Source: Raillietiella orientalis
Taxonomy: Eukaryota
Direction: 5' to 3'
Assembly (NCBI GenBank): GCA_036172245.1
Contig: JAYWIR010000044.1
Location: 682,001 to 746,000 of the forward strand
DNA: 64,000 nucleotides
The position numbers and the translations under genes are program-made. Of this stretch, positions 50,880 through 63,786 are shown one piece after another. Position 1 is the first letter of the stretch; each line of letters opens with the position of its first letter. Below the pieces are notes generated by a model that made no database searches, was not told the DNA's origin, and was given only the letters and a program-made list of their open reading frames with translations.

Positions 50880-53150
50880 CATGTTTTTCCCCCATGTTTC
50901 GCCCTCCTGGATGACGTCACGACACTTCAGTGGGCTTTTCAGAAGCACCTAATTGACAGTGCCTCTTCTTCGAATTCGTGCTCTTCGTCCACGCCCCCGC
51001 GGGCAGCTTCCTGTTCCAAACCGCCTGCGCCGACGAACGCCCGCACTCTCCTTCCGCGGCTGTGGAAATTCTCAGCGAGCCGCGTCGCGTCGATCGCGCT
51101 GCTAGTGCTGCGTCCTCCGCGTGCCGGGACCTCGGCTGACCAGCCCCGCCGCAGTCGCTTCTTCGGCACGTGTCTCGAGCGCCTCTTGAGCCTTCAGTCT
51201 GCGGCGCCCGCATCAGAAGGGCAGCAGTGCCCTGCCGCCTCCTCCTTTACTGCTTCCTCACGTCCGCATCTTCAGCCGTGATTGCCTGCATCTTTCAGTC
51301 TGCCGTCCAAGGACTCTGGCGACATCGATGCCGATTAGTGCGAGTCCGCGCTCGTGCTCCGAAGAACCCGAAGCCCCACATGCGCCGACCGGCCGCCACC
51401 GAGGACCCCTGAAGGAAGAAGTACACGTCCCTGCAACGAAGCACAGCATGGAGCATCCCCTTCGCGGGCTCCCGTTTCGTTCTTCCGGGAAGCGCCGGAG
51501 CATACTACGGACCGAATCCTTCCCTAGGACCCGGGTGGGGGGCCTTCAGGAGCGAGCAGGGGACAGCCGGCGGCGCAGTCGGTCGGAGGAACTCTTCCGG
51601 AAGAACTTTGGTTCCCTTTCCTGTGTCCGGCACTCCCCCGTGGAGGGAGGCGATGTGGTTCCCACCGGCCACCGTCGGGAGAGGCCACCGCGGAACGCAG
51701 CGGTGCCCGTGAACGCTGTCAGCTGGCACCGGAAGAGCGGAGGAGAGACTCCACTCCTCACCACTGCGCGCCGCCACCCGACCTAGGAAGGAAGCGGAAG
51801 AGCGCCGGCATCGGCCTCTGTGGTTCCTGCACACGGCAGAACGACAGCTCTGCAGGGACCTCAGGTGGGCGGTCTCTTTGGCAAGCGGCTCCCAGCTTCC
51901 GGAACGGCCGGAGACGCTTCGGGTGGCGCCGTCGTCTGCCAGAGGTCCACTGAGTTTCCCTCCTCCTCTTCCGTCGAGTTCAGGGGGTGGAAGGCAGTCC
52001 GGCCTCCGGCTGGCTCTTCCCGTGTACGAGCCTTTCCTCCCCACGCTCGGAGACCTGTCAAGTGGTGAGGTGTCTTCCCTCCCTCCCCCCCTTCCCATCC
52101 CCAGGGAGATCGCTTGCTGCTGGAGGACGTCCAGCTGCTTTTCTCCGGTTTTCCCGGAGGCACCATGGTGACGCCTCCACCACCGTGACCGCCACAGGGC
52201 GCGGAAGTTTCGGCGATCCGTTTGGAATCTCCCTCATCGGGAGGCTGCAGTGGCTGCCGTGTCCGGGAAGGGCTCCTCGAGCGGCTCCTGTCGCGGTCGT
52301 CACGGAGACGAAGGGCAGGGAAAGGCTTCTTCTTCCAGTGGGAAAGGGTCTCGTCGAAAAGGGATATTCGCCCCTGCCCTGCCCGGGCTCCATTGGCAGC
52401 GTCTTTGCATTAAGGCATTTCGTTCTCAGTCTAAGCTCGCGCGGTAACCACGGAAATGGTCTGATGGGATCGTCGTCAAAAGGAGAGGAGATGGTGTAGT
52501 CGAGCTGAGAGACTCGGCGAAGGCGGAGGACGAAAAGGAGTTCCTCATCCACCAGAAGGATGAGTGCCCTCCTGGCTCGAAGGACCCAAGTTTGTCACCC
52601 TGGGCAACAGTAGGAAGGTCCATGGAAGGTTTTTTTCGCTGGGTGCTTACCTCCTGCTCCTCGCCTGCAGCTCCCGCAGTTTCCCGGGTTCTCTTGCGAG
52701 GGACGCTGCCGCTGAAGGAAATGCCAGGCAGCAGCGAGGGAGCTCCGCGCTTGATCTTTCCTGCCCTCTTGGCAAGGGATGACCTTTCATCTCTAGGGAT
52801 GCAGCTTCGCCCCAAATTTCCAATTACTCCCGTGAGTACATCTCCCCTGGAAACCGAATGGGGACTACTCCTTGCTCCGGCTTCCATTTTCCAGAACCCG
52901 GGGGATAAAGAGATCTTGCAAAGTCCCTTGACCATGTCCTGCGTGAGCGCGGCATGCGTATCTGAAGAAGGGAGTTGACCAGGGCATGTCCCGCATGCTC
53001 GTTCGAATGAGGCAGTCACCTAAGCAAAGTTCGAGGAAAAAGAAGGTGCTGTTGCACCTGAGCGCAGTTGTTGCTAAAGGTGCCGATGAGTCCCTCTTGC
53101 ACGGGGGAAGCTTCCTGAGCAAGAGGGACTCATCGTCATTACTTTAATTG
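50880..53150 (-). mobile_element. Decayed L1/Tx1-like ORF2 (end of APE through RT)
   Basis: SDTHAAL..SPGFWKM (like SDH..GPG.WKLN), KTLPMEPGQG..FSTRPF, RPPAASDLPGDGK, GSWEPL, KAH*SVV..HGG in the expected order. Confidence 0.55.
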
Positions 53151-53674
53151 ATCCGAGTAGTCAAGGACGCTCCCTGAGGATACCACGGCGTCCGGTCGTG
53201 CAGGGAACCCGACGGACGAAAACCCACTACACTTGCTGGGAAACGCTCTCTTCCTTCACGTCCGTCCGCGGCGCAATGGAGCAGTCCCATCCCTGCACAC
53301 CTCCTTGCGCGTCTGCCCTTCGAGGCTCAGAATGAGCTCGTCGTGTCCATCTCGTGCTAAAGGGGAAGCCAAGTCCGTCGCCGCGGGCGGACAACGGAGA
53401 GCTCACGCGTGCTCTGGCGGATTGCCATCCGGACTTCCGGAGCGAGGGGGAGAGACGGCTTTGCCACGATCGAGGAGTTGACCGCGGGTCACACAACCCT
53501 CCCAACCAGACGCCGACCTGCGCGCAAGATCACCAAAGCCAGTCGATACAGCGGTTCCGCGCTCGCAAGTTCTCTCGCTCTGGCTAGGGGGACACGGCGG
53601 CGCCCCCGTCGAAGAGAACGCTGTACCGAGTCCGTGAGCGGGCGCGCCTCTTAAGCGGTGAAGAGATTGCTCTG

Positions 53675-53880
53675 TTCGTCGTCGCCGTCTTCCTCGTCCT
53701 CCTCCCTCCCCTCTTCCTTCTGCTCCTCTTCCTCCCTCTCTTCTCTCTCCTCCCTCTCCCCTTCCTCCGTCCCCTCTCTCCTCCTTCCCTTCCCTCTCCT
53801 CCCTCCCCCCTTTCCCCGTTCCTCCTCCTCCCCGTTCTCTCCGATTCCTGTCCCACCCTTTCCGTCCCCTGCTCCTATTC
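53675..53880 (+). repeat. Polypyrimidine (CT-rich) low-complexity tract
   Basis: About 200 nt almost entirely C/T. Confidence 0.9.
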
Positions 53881-54404
53881 CCGTGCGTCGTCTCGTTGCC
53901 TTGGCCCTCCACCTACTTCCCTCCGTGCGCTGAGGGCCCACCTTCATCACAAACCCCGTGATGCGCTGGCAAGTCTCCTCCGGAAGGCTCGGTTTGGTCG
54001 TGGACGCGGCGGGGCATGCCCTCCGGAAGTGGTGGCGCCTCCTTGCAGTCCGCTCATTTCGCTCAGTCTCCGCCCGAGACGCCACCCGGACCTCCGGAAA
54101 GAGCGAGCAGCGACTGCTTTAGGCTATCTCCCCATTTCCACCCACCTCCCCTTTCTCTCTTGTCCCGCGGGAATTTTTTCTTCCTCTTTTTTTCTTTTGG
54201 TTCAGTCCGGCCTTTCGTTTCTTCTGAAACCCGGGATCGGAAGAGCAGAAACCTCGCCTTCCACCCCCGATTCGGCGCTCCCTGTTGATTCCTTCATGAA
54301 CTCTCCCTCCTACTTCGCCTCTTCTCGTTTCGCTCGAAGACGTTATCTGATGACGCGCGCGGAAAATCGGGGGGGAAAAAAGGGAATTCCGGGAGGAAAA
54401 GAGC

Positions 54405-54690
54405 GGAGCCCTGATTAATGAAAAACCGAAAATTTTTACATTTATAATCTCGCCTCTTGAGCTTGGAGCGCAGCTTCCGCTTCCAAAAATAGCTATCATA
54501 CGCTAATTTCGGATATTCATTCCAGCTGACATCTATCAATTCACGGAAGTCGTTGCAGCAGCAGCAGCATAATTTCTCCTTTTCTTGGACCTCCTCCAGG
54601 CCTCCTCCGATAAGCCAATCGCGCGCGCCCGCATTCGGGACGGCTGCTCGGCCCGATCAAGCAGCCTCCATTGATGGATCGCTCCAGCGA
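54405..54690. promoter_or_regulatory. Candidate developmental enhancer with clustered Exd/Pbx-Hox-type sites
   Basis: TGATTAAT 54412-54419, TGATAGAT on minus strand 54531-54538 abutting TGACA 54527-54531, TGATGGAT 54672-54679; AT-rich island in TE-poor GC-rich DNA. Confidence 0.35.
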
Positions 54691-56546
54691 TCGCATCGCT
54701 CCCATCATCAGAAGGCATGAATCACTTGGCTCCATCGTGGAGCCGGAGATATCCTCGCGTTATTGGAGCCACGCTGGCACGCCTTTCAATTTCCAGTAGG
54801 TTCCCCGCGGGAACGCTCGCCTCTCGCCGCCGTGAAGAGCCGGGGTTCCCGTCCTCTCCTTCCTCCAAGTCGCGCAGGAGACTTTTTTTTGGTAAGGAGG
54901 GCCTTCGGGGATCACCACGGGGTGCCACCTCCCTCGGCGCCGACCAAGCAGGCGAAAGGAGGCTCCTTCTCGGTCGGCGCGGTCCACAGTCGGCGCAGAA
55001 GGAGCGGAGCCGCGAGCGGGGGCAACCAGCCTCCGCGGCACCCCCCGTCTTCGGGGGAGGCAGGAGCGTCAACGTCATGTCCTGCTGCGTTGGCACCCTG
55101 TAAAGGAGAGGGCGAGCGAGATCCCTGGCTCGTGGGGAAAGCGGTGCCTCTCTGGTGATGGTAGGGTTCCCACGGAATTGCTCCGCGGTCCGACGGGGCC
55201 GGGGGGGGAAAAGGGTAGCGGACTGTACCTCCGGCTGTGCACACGCCCAGGGAGAGTTGATGGAGGGGGGAAGGATCGGTCGAGGCCTCTTCCTCCTGGG
55301 CAGAAGCAGTCGGAGGCAATCACTGCTCTCTGGAACCGGCAACGACGTATTCGGCTCCAAGCAGGTGAAAGCCACAGCGCCACCTAACGCGCTGCGGCTT
55401 TGCAATGGACACCTGACCGAGAGACAGGTCTCGCGCCCCTTCGGCGCTTGCCGTGGACCCTCGTCTCACGTTTGTGCACGCGCCACCAAGAAGCGATACG
55501 AATCCACGTGGTCCGTAGCCCTGGGCTCCGCTGCTAGGCAACGGACCCACTTCTCACGCTGTTCCCTCGCTGCTGTTCCTCTCCCGTAGACACGCACACG
55601 TGCTCACGCCTGTTCGAATGCTGGTTCCTCTCTCCAAGATTACGCGGAGGAACGGGCGAACCGTCTCCGCGCCCGGACGTTCTTTACCGCCAGCCTGCTG
55701 ACGCCACCATCCTGAAATCTCTACGACGTCGAAGAGAAAGCGTCCCAAGGAAAAGAGTGCAAGGGGAGAAAAGAGCGGCACGCGAAGAGGTGATGGCACT
55801 CCTTGACGGAGATGGAGGCGTTCCACGGAATTGCTCCGCTCGCTGTGGAGCCTCATCCTCTCCAGCGATGCTTCCCTCCCGCGTCTCTTGAACTTTGGAG
55901 CCTCCACGGGAGAGCGCAGGTGCCCCCTTACTAAAGCCGAATCTATTCTTGGATCGGCGCGCGATCCGACGTCACGGTTTCTCAGACGTTCTCCGGATCT
56001 GTGGCTTTTGCAAGCGCGCACGACGCGTGCGGATCTCCCAGTCTCCCTGACGCTGAGCGATACCGTCGCGCCCGCTCGTCCCCTCAGCACAAACTGAACC
56101 GCGCGCGACGCGAAGCGAGAGGCCCTCTCGAGGGCTTGCGTTCCGGGAGTGCTTCCGGTGCCTCCCCTCCCCCTTCCGTGAGCGGAGTCATGCATATGCG
56201 GAGAAACAGGAAAAAGAGAGCGGACTTCCCCCCCCCCCCCTATCCCCTAGCGCCTCCCAGCGTCCCGATGTGCCGGTCAGTGCCGAAGCATGCTGCCGCC
56301 GCGCGTCCGGGGCGACAATGCTCGCGTCGTACGGGGCAACCGCGATCGAGTCGTCCGGGACAACAACGATCGCGTTATCCGGGGCAACAATCCTTGCTGC
56401 GACCAACACGCGCGCAGCGAGGCAGGTCGGACACGACTGCGCCGCCGAAAAGCTGGCTGGCCGGAGGACCACTTTCGGGCTTCCGTGGAGACGATAAAAT
56501 GGGCGAAACCTGCCTACCATCAACGATAAGAAGGGGCACAAAGCGA

Positions 56547-56552
56547 CACGCA

Positions 56553-56585
<33 letters not shown>
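56547..56585 (+). repeat. (CA)n microsatellite followed by a poly(A) run
   Basis: cacgcacacacacacacac followed by about 19 A. Confidence 0.9.
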
Positions 56586-57884
56586 GATACAGCGACGCCG
56601 AGTCCTCGACATCTTGCGAACACGTGTCCGACGAGGCATCATTGGATCATATCTCCTCCGCGGAAGGGGCATCCGCGAGCTCGCAGTCTTCCTCGATTTC
56701 CTGTTCGCGATTGCGGACAGCTGCTTCGCCGTCGGCTTCCGAAATCCAATCCATGCAGTGACCACGACGGAGGCCACCAATGAAGGGAGAGAACGGCCCG
56801 CTTCTCACGATCTCCGAGGAAGGGAAGTTCGCGTTTATTGTCGTGGCCTCGCGCCGGGAGAAGGGAGCGAGGGGGGAAGAGAGGAGGGGAAACTCCGGGG
56901 CAGGAGGCGCTCGGAGGCGGCGACCCATTGCGGAACACGTGTGTGCTACGCCCGCAGATCAATTATCTCCTTCCCGTGCTCTTCGCTCCCCTGCGCAACG
57001 AGGCCTCTGGCTCGCCCCGACGCGAACGGCGTCCCCTCTTTCTTCAAGGGACCCTCGTCTCGGAGCGAATTTCCGGATGGCCTAGGAGCTCAGCTGGCCA
57101 CGCTTTTCGCCCGCAGGCCAACGACCCGAGAGCTTTCCACCAGGTTCCAGCTCCTTGGGAGCCGAGTCGTTGCGTGGCTGCCGCGCAACCGAAGGGTTTC
57201 CACCCCAAAGTGGCTCTTCGATAATCCGGTCCGGGTTCTTGGAACCGTGTAGCAGGACCGTGAGACCTTGTCACCGGGAGGCGCTGGTCGGTGGGAGGGA
57301 CTCTGGGGATCCGTTGGGCCTGAGCTGGTAGGTCTGCGCTTACGCAGGATCCAAGCCGAGGCGCAATCCAAACCACGTGTTTCGGGGAAAAGCCGCGCTC
57401 ATTCCCAGAGACACACATGTGGAGAACCTCCCAAGGTATTCCGGATAATAAAATCTCGTGATTCATGGCTTCTCGCTTTTCCGGCTTAATGAGCATCAGA
57501 TGAATGAAGCTTCCTTGCCACGCTGCTTTGAAGACACCCAGAGCAGGATGTGCCGCTCACGTGAACAGGGTTCTGTACCCCGGTGCCGGCTTTTACCTAC
57601 GAATGAGAGGCAAAAAGGCAGTACTGCCGGAGTGCTCAGCTGAATTGTTCGAGAAGTGAAACGTGGCTTCATCCCGAAAAAGAGGTGGCACGCGGAGGCT
57701 GCGCGTCAGGTTCCCGTAAGGATTCGTGGCGCGCGCAACTCCGGCGCTGCTCGTGCCTTTCTGAACCAGTGAGACATCGAAGAGTCCGTTCTAACAGTAG
57801 GAACATCCGGGTTCTATCTGGAAAAAAGTGAAGACCACCAAGCGGATTCCATCCTTGTTTTCATCCGGTCACGTCGGTGGCATT

Positions 57885-58990
57885 TTATTATTTATTTATT
57901 TTTAAAAAATGAACAGATAAGTTGGTAACACAGTTCCCAAATAAAGCAACCAGAAGTTCGTTTGAAAGCTTCCACTGGACACGCAGGTCGTTCGCTGGGT
58001 CGGTCTGAAGCGGAAGGGAAGAGAACAAATAAATAGAGAGGGGATGGGGTCAGATGTCTTTGGTTTGAGACACTCCTTGCTCAGTAACGGCGCAGAATTA
58101 CAGTGGTCTCCGACTTGACTTCATCCAGGTGAGGCCACCTCGAGCCGTGCGGGTGACCTCCCCTCTCTGCGCCCGAGACTTCAGCACAGTCCTTGGCGGT
58201 GTGTCCAACCTCCGTCAAACTTCCCGCTAGGCATCGCGATCCCACAAGAAGTGCGGGAACGATTCAAGCGTCCCAGCTCTTTCCTGCTACCGATGCAATG
58301 ACAGCTGTCCCCAAATTCCACTTTCTTGAAATTCCAGCTTGAGAGGTTTAGAGAGGTGAAGCAACGAAATATTCGGAAAGAAGAGGAAAGCTGTCTGCTT
58401 CCCATTTCTATGCCTGCAGCTCACTGCTTTCGACCCTTTGGGTGAAAGGGAAGAGTTTCGTGGACCAAAAGCCAGCCAGCTTACAAGTTCTCTTATCCCT
58501 TGGAGCTGCAGGTACAGCCGAAGGCAGGGTTTTGCGCACCTGCCGGACTGCCCGGCAAAACAGATGGGGTCTTTGAAGCGACGCATAGCCACGGGCATAC
58601 ATGTGCTTGGAGCTGCAGGTGGATTCCGCCGGAACGGTTAGGGAATTCTCCGGTCTGGAACGTAGTTCTTTGGGGGTGGGGAGTGGGGGGCTCACGAATC
58701 TTCTTTCGCTCGCAAACCGCTTCCTTCGCGAAAGAAAGGGAGCGCTGGGAACCCTGGAACGCATCCTCGAAACGCCCAAACCAAACGGAAGACTTTCCGT
58801 GGACTCTGAAACCCGTCATCAGGAGAAAATCCCACCATCCCTCCGATCCGGGCAGCGTGTGGCCATGAGGGACTTTGGTTGCTGGGTCGTGAACGTGTTC
58901 CCGACCCGCTGCTTCCATCTAGTGACGAGACGCCCGAAGCTTCCGTGCCACGAACGTTCGGAAAACGCGCGCTTGTGTTTCAGAGCGCTC
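57885..58990 (-). mobile_element. L1/Tx1-like subfamily B 3' portion
   Basis: 57900-58200 is homologous (revcomp) to 10490-10780; upstream post-RT-like peptide WWDFLL. Confidence 0.7.
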
Positions 58991-59646
58991 ACCTGACTTA
59001 GAGAGCGTCCACGACTGACGCCTGACTGACTCCTGACGGGAAGGAAAATCCGAATCGACTAGACGAATCCCTCCCGAGCCTATCAGAGCTTCCTTCCCTT
59101 TGAGGTTTCCCACTTGAGATCCGACCGCATCGGCAAAATTGTCCTTGACTGCGCCTGAGGGTTTGACATCTCTTTCAACCACTGTTGGAATTTTGTACTG
59201 GTGAGGGGATTAGCGTTCGGGAATGCTAAACGGCGCGGCTTCAGGCGCCATTCTACGCAGACGGCTGTTTTACAAGACTGGCCGTCGACAGGAAAGGAAT
59301 GCCACAGCAGCTACCTGACCTTCCTCACTGAGTCATGTGGGGTCAAAGCGAACGAAGGCGAGATCCGAAGGGTTTGAAACGGCAGTTTGGATAAGCGATT
59401 TTTGCCCAGGAAGCAAAGGGCGGATGACTACGGGCAAGTAGGAAAGTAGATTGAAATCCACTTTTCTATGTCAAACTCTTTCACACTCGAGTGATCCGAG
59501 AAGCTTCACTGAGCTCCCCTCTGGAGGAGGCACTCACGACGTCCCTTCGTTTTCTGCACGTGAAAAGAGGAAGAGGAAGGCCGTTCTCTTCGGTTTGATC
59601 TTCGATCTCCACCTGCGTTGCTGCCATCTAGACCAAGGTGGATGGA

Positions 59647-60520
59647 TTCTCACCCATGTACGGCCAGGTCCATTTATAAACTAAATAAACATTTACAATT
59701 TCTGTGGTTGGACCAGTGGTCCAGCCACGTTTTCTTCCTATTTAACCTGACGCGTTACCGGTTCGCGATCGGTGAGGTCCACCACGGCAGCAGAGGGGAG
59801 GGGCCAAACAAAACGGAAAGAAAAAGAAACAAAATAAAAATAAATAGTTTGGAGGAAGCGAGGTGCGGGAAGGGATCACTGTCTGCTGGGGGTGGTCCTC
59901 TGAATTTTTTGGAGGATGTCGGCAGGGTCTTTCTGGATGCTGTTTTCCAGATGGTCCCATCTTGTTGCCGGCCTCATGAAGCAAACTGCCAAGTGGATGG
60001 CATCCCTATCGCTGTGTCCTCCTCTCGCGTCACTCCAGGCAGCGGCGATCCCGCGTAGGCAGCAGAGAGCTGCTCGCGAGGCTGCCGGCCGAAAGGCGTT
60101 GCGTAGGAGGAGGGGCCGTAAAGCATCCCTGGAGTTGCCACCGCCGGGCGAAGCATTCCCAGAGGGGATGGAGGGAGACACAAACCACAAGCAGATGTGG
60201 GAAGGATTTGTACTCCTCGCACAGTTCGGGCCCACACCTCCCCCCTGGTCCAATGATGCCGGTGCGCTTTGCACGGGAGGCCCCAGGCTCAGCATCTGCC
60301 ACTCCAATGGGAGAGTGCGTCTGCCCCAAAGCACCGGGGTGTCACTGCAGATCTTACGCCGAAATTCCCAGCAGCTCTCTCCAACACAAAATTCCTCGTG
60401 GGGAGGGAGACACTTGGAGTCGCAGCTTCCGTGAGCTGGTCTGTCGTCCACCCGCCCAGTCCTTTTCTCCTTCCGGGGATGCTCATACGCTCATGCGCTG
60501 TTGCTAGCGGAGAAGACCCG
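59647..60520 (-). mobile_element. Family A 3' tail
   Basis: LPLEWQ..GPNCAR..AFRPAASRAALCCLRGIAAAWSDA matches 31386-31874; T-rich 3'UTR; degenerate terminus. Confidence 0.85.
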
Positions 60521-60783
60521 GAGAGAGTGATGGATGCAGTCCAGTGCTCTTCGCCTTTTTGGAGACGAGATTTTTCTTAAGCACGTGAGAGCGTGCACGG
60601 ATCAGACAGCTAAGCGTTCAAGACGGCGGCGTTCAGCCACCAGGCGTCATAGTGTGGTGGCGTCGCCATGATGGCGAAGGTGTGCCCGATGACGACAGGG
60701 GTCACGAAAAGTAGACTTTTTCCCCCCCTTCCGAATGCTTTTGAGCCCAATCAGAAATAGGGCTGAGACCGCAGCAGCTATGC

Positions 60784-61053
60784 TCAGTAGTAGGAACCGT
60801 TGACAGCTTCCTCTACGGGCTTTTTCAAGTATCCTCTGAGCGCTTCCTTGCAGAGACCATCAGCTGCTCCTCTCATTATCCAACTCACTCCCACCGTCGC
60901 TAGTGCATTCCAGTCCCTCGAGAGAAGCAACGTTTCGGGGGGCTCTTTCAACTTTCGGAGTCCTTTGAGCAACGCAGAGTACTCTTTTGCTGTAGCTGCT
61001 TCTTGCTTGGGTACCTGTGCTGCTCGGGACGAAGGGTGTGCCGTGTCCTTCAC
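60784..61053 (-). mobile_element. Possible AP-endonuclease fragment of a LINE
   Basis: VP..EYSALLKGL..LLLSRDWNA (like IL.GDFNA). Confidence 0.3.
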
Positions 61054-61375
61054 GAGTTCCGTGCTCGGTCCTTCAGGAAGTGCCTAGACCGGCTCGTCCT
61101 GTAGGTGCCGGGGCTGTGCTGGATACTGGACAGCACGATTTTCCTTCCTGGGATTGCATAGAAGCTCGCTCCACTTCCTCGCGCTTCACAGAAGCGCACG
61201 CTCTCGGGGAACTGCGGATGGACCCACCTCGACGTCCTCCCTCCAGGGTCCGGGGGTTTCGCACGCAGCAGTCGAGACCGCAGCTGCGGAAGATCGCGAA
61301 TTCCGCACCAGGAGCTGCCTCTTGCATTGAACCGCCTTCCTCAGCATCCCTTTCCATGCATTCAACACGACGGAG

Positions 61376-62050
61376 CTCTCGCGTTGGTGGCCGCGTGGCT
61401 GCGATCTCTACGCGCTTGGCGGCACCGAGTGTCGCGAGTTCGAATCCCGCCAGGGGAAGGATCGAAGCCAGAGGAATGGGCGGGCCGTGGGTTGCGATTT
61501 CCCCTGCAGATGACGCTGGTTGGCTTCGGCTGCAGCACTGGCGGAAGTAGGAAACCTCCGGATGTCCCCGCTGACTGGCCGGCACTGAAAGTTCACCCAC
61601 CAGGGTCCCTCTAGGAATCCAGGACCCCGTTGGAGTTCCCCTCTGGTTGTAAAATGGAGCCATCCATTTACAGTAACAGGAAGCTAATTCGCACCCTCGT
61701 CGGGAGATGGCCTCTCCATAGTGCGAGAAGCGCGCAGTTTCCTTCGAGGAGAGCCCTCTAGAGAAATTGGAAAGTGTTCCTTCGGGATTCTTCTCAGAGG
61801 AGGAAAGGAGCTCATCCTTTCCGGGTTTCCTTCGGAAAATGACCACGTGGCCTCCTCTAGGAGGTTCCTTCAGAGGGAATACGGAAGATGTTCCCTTCGC
61901 TTCGGAGACAACCAGGGCAAGGCTTCTCCTCGTGGTTCTCTTCGGAGACAACCAGAGTGAGGGTTCCTTTCAAGGTTCTCCTACCAGGCCTTCGTAAGAG
62001 GAACAGACTCCTTCCCCCGGATCCTTCCTGGAGTCATTGGGTGGTACCTC
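61376..62050 (+). mobile_element. Family A (divergent) tRNA-like head plus body
   Basis: A-box-like tggccgcgtgg 61388-61398, B-box gttcgaatcc 61438-61447 inside a T-arm-like stem; body cccctctggttgtaaaatggagcc; four CTTCGG between 61780 and 61945. Confidence 0.75.
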
Positions 62051-63290
62051 TCGGGTTAACCCCTAGCTTGAAGAAGGAAGAGGTTACTGGAAGCTGGGAA
62101 AAAAGAAAGCTTCTGAAAAAAGCTTGTTCGCGCCGCAGGCCCCCACCTAAGTCTGCATCTCATTCTGTCCTTGGTGAGAAGGATGGACATCCTGAACGCT
62201 GCCTGAGCCCTCAACGCGTCCAGGAGCGCTCGAGTGAGGAAGAAGGCTACGAACTTTCTGCCAAAGAAGCAGGTTCAAGTGACGGTCCAAGCGCTGGTGG
62301 CTGAATAGCGGAATCCCAGATTGATGGTGTCTTCACCCCATCACTCTGAGAGGAGCAAGAGCTGGAGACCCCACGGGCCACATGCAGCCACGAAGATTAA
62401 TTCCCGCCAGGAGAAGCCACCCGGTGAAGTCCCTGGAATAGAACTCCGGAAGTGACCACCAGATTCGGCGAAGGAACGCGACTCCTGGATGCTGCAAGAC
62501 AGGATCTCGCGGTGCACCTCACGAAGAGAAGCTCTGCACTTGGAGACTCCTCTGGCGGTCCACCCGCGGGTGCGGAAACTTCTGGAACCCACCACGACGC
62601 CTGGACCCCACACCTTCAACGGAAAGGTCAGGCGAGCCACCACCCACTCAGCATCGCGGATGGGTGATGTCCCGAGAAAGAGTGGTGAGAGGACTCCCTG
62701 GGGACAAAGGTCGGCTCCTTGCAGACAGAGGGGCTGCGCTGTCGGGCCCTCGTCACAAAGAGCCCCGGGCGCCGCCAGCAGCGCCCTTTCGGAGGGACGG
62801 AAAGATGCCAGCTCCGGACCCGCAACAGATGAAATCAATTTATTCATACCTTTTCTTCGGGCAGGAAACAACATGGAATCCCGGGATTGGGAAGTGGGGG
62901 AACTTTTAGGGGCGGGTCTGAAACCATCTGGCACCAAACGGCGTGTCGGATGCGAATGCGCAAACAAAAAGAAAAACAAAACAAAAAAAAGAAGGGGTGA
63001 CTGGGGTCAGCATGAGGAAGGAGCACTGGGGAATCTCTCTCCTCTCTCCTGCCGCGTTATCCACCGGTTTCTGCTTTCTTGAAGGCAGCCGCAATCCGCC
63101 TGCTGGAGTCTTTGCCTTTGCTCGCTCTCCCCCTCCGCCGCTCTGCTCCCCTGTTCCGATCTGAAAATGCAGCCCACTTGGGACGAGCACCTGAGGCGTT
63201 CGGGGCAGCCCGTTCCTTCAGGCTCCCGACGCCTCGCATCCACCCGAGGTCTCGACCACTCGAGAATCAACTCTGCGCCACAAAGAACGT

Positions 63291-63296
63291 TTTATT
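63291..63296 (-). promoter_or_regulatory. Candidate polyadenylation signal of the ARID3 gene
   Basis: First AATAAA about 330 nt downstream of the stop codon, followed by T/G-rich sequence. Confidence 0.55.
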
Positions 63297-63628
63297 GAAC
63301 GACCCGCGACCGGAAACGTCGTCTTGCAGGCCTCCCTGCCTCCGCCCGACCGGTCGAGTTGGCGCGCGGGAGGAAGGGGGCGAGGCAGGGGAGCGCTCGC
63401 TCGCACCCCCCGGATGAAGGTCGCCGAGGGAGGGAAGCCTCCTCATCCTTTTTGCTTTCCCGCCTTTCTCCTCCGAGAAGCCATCCACCAGGGAGAAAAA
63501 AAAAAGGGACCGGTGGGAAGCAGGCAGAAAAGACTCTCCCGCACCCGGAGTCCAGGAACGCGTCCGGCTCGGGGGGGATTCCCGTTCGGAACGACACGCC
63601 TCTCCCGTCAGGAACACCTCGGGCGTCG

Positions 63629-63723
63629 CTACGGCGTCTGCGCGAACAGAACTCCTTGGTACATCATCCCGTTGATCTCCAGGCACATGACCAGCGAGCT
63701 GCCGATCCCGAAGTCGCAGTCTC
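63629..63723 (-). CDS. ARID3: Last coding exon of an ARID3/dead ringer (retained) transcription factor, REKLES domain
   Basis: (G)DCDFGIGSSLVMCLEINGMMYQGVLFAQTP* matches the REKLES-beta motif S..(M/V)S.EING..Y.GVLFAQ; acceptor ctccctacag at 63724. Confidence 0.88.
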
Positions 63724-63786
63724 CTGTAGGGAGAGGAGGAATGGAGTGGTGCCGCCGCCGGCGGAGGTCCCCCGCCACCTGCTTAC

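Noticed and set aside
57365..57420. Penelope-type terminal hammerhead (also about 10910-10945)
   Set aside because: The CTGANGA core is absent or disrupted.
61376..61458. Functional tRNA genes at the B-box sites (also 26260-26338 and 38690-38763)
   Set aside because: No complete cloverleaf or clear anticodon arm, degenerate A-box, and always fused to the same downstream repeat body, so treated as SINE-like heads.
62100..62980. LINE APE (plus strand) or RT motif CPQGVLSPLF (minus strand)
   Set aside because: Isolated, mutually conflicting weak motifs.
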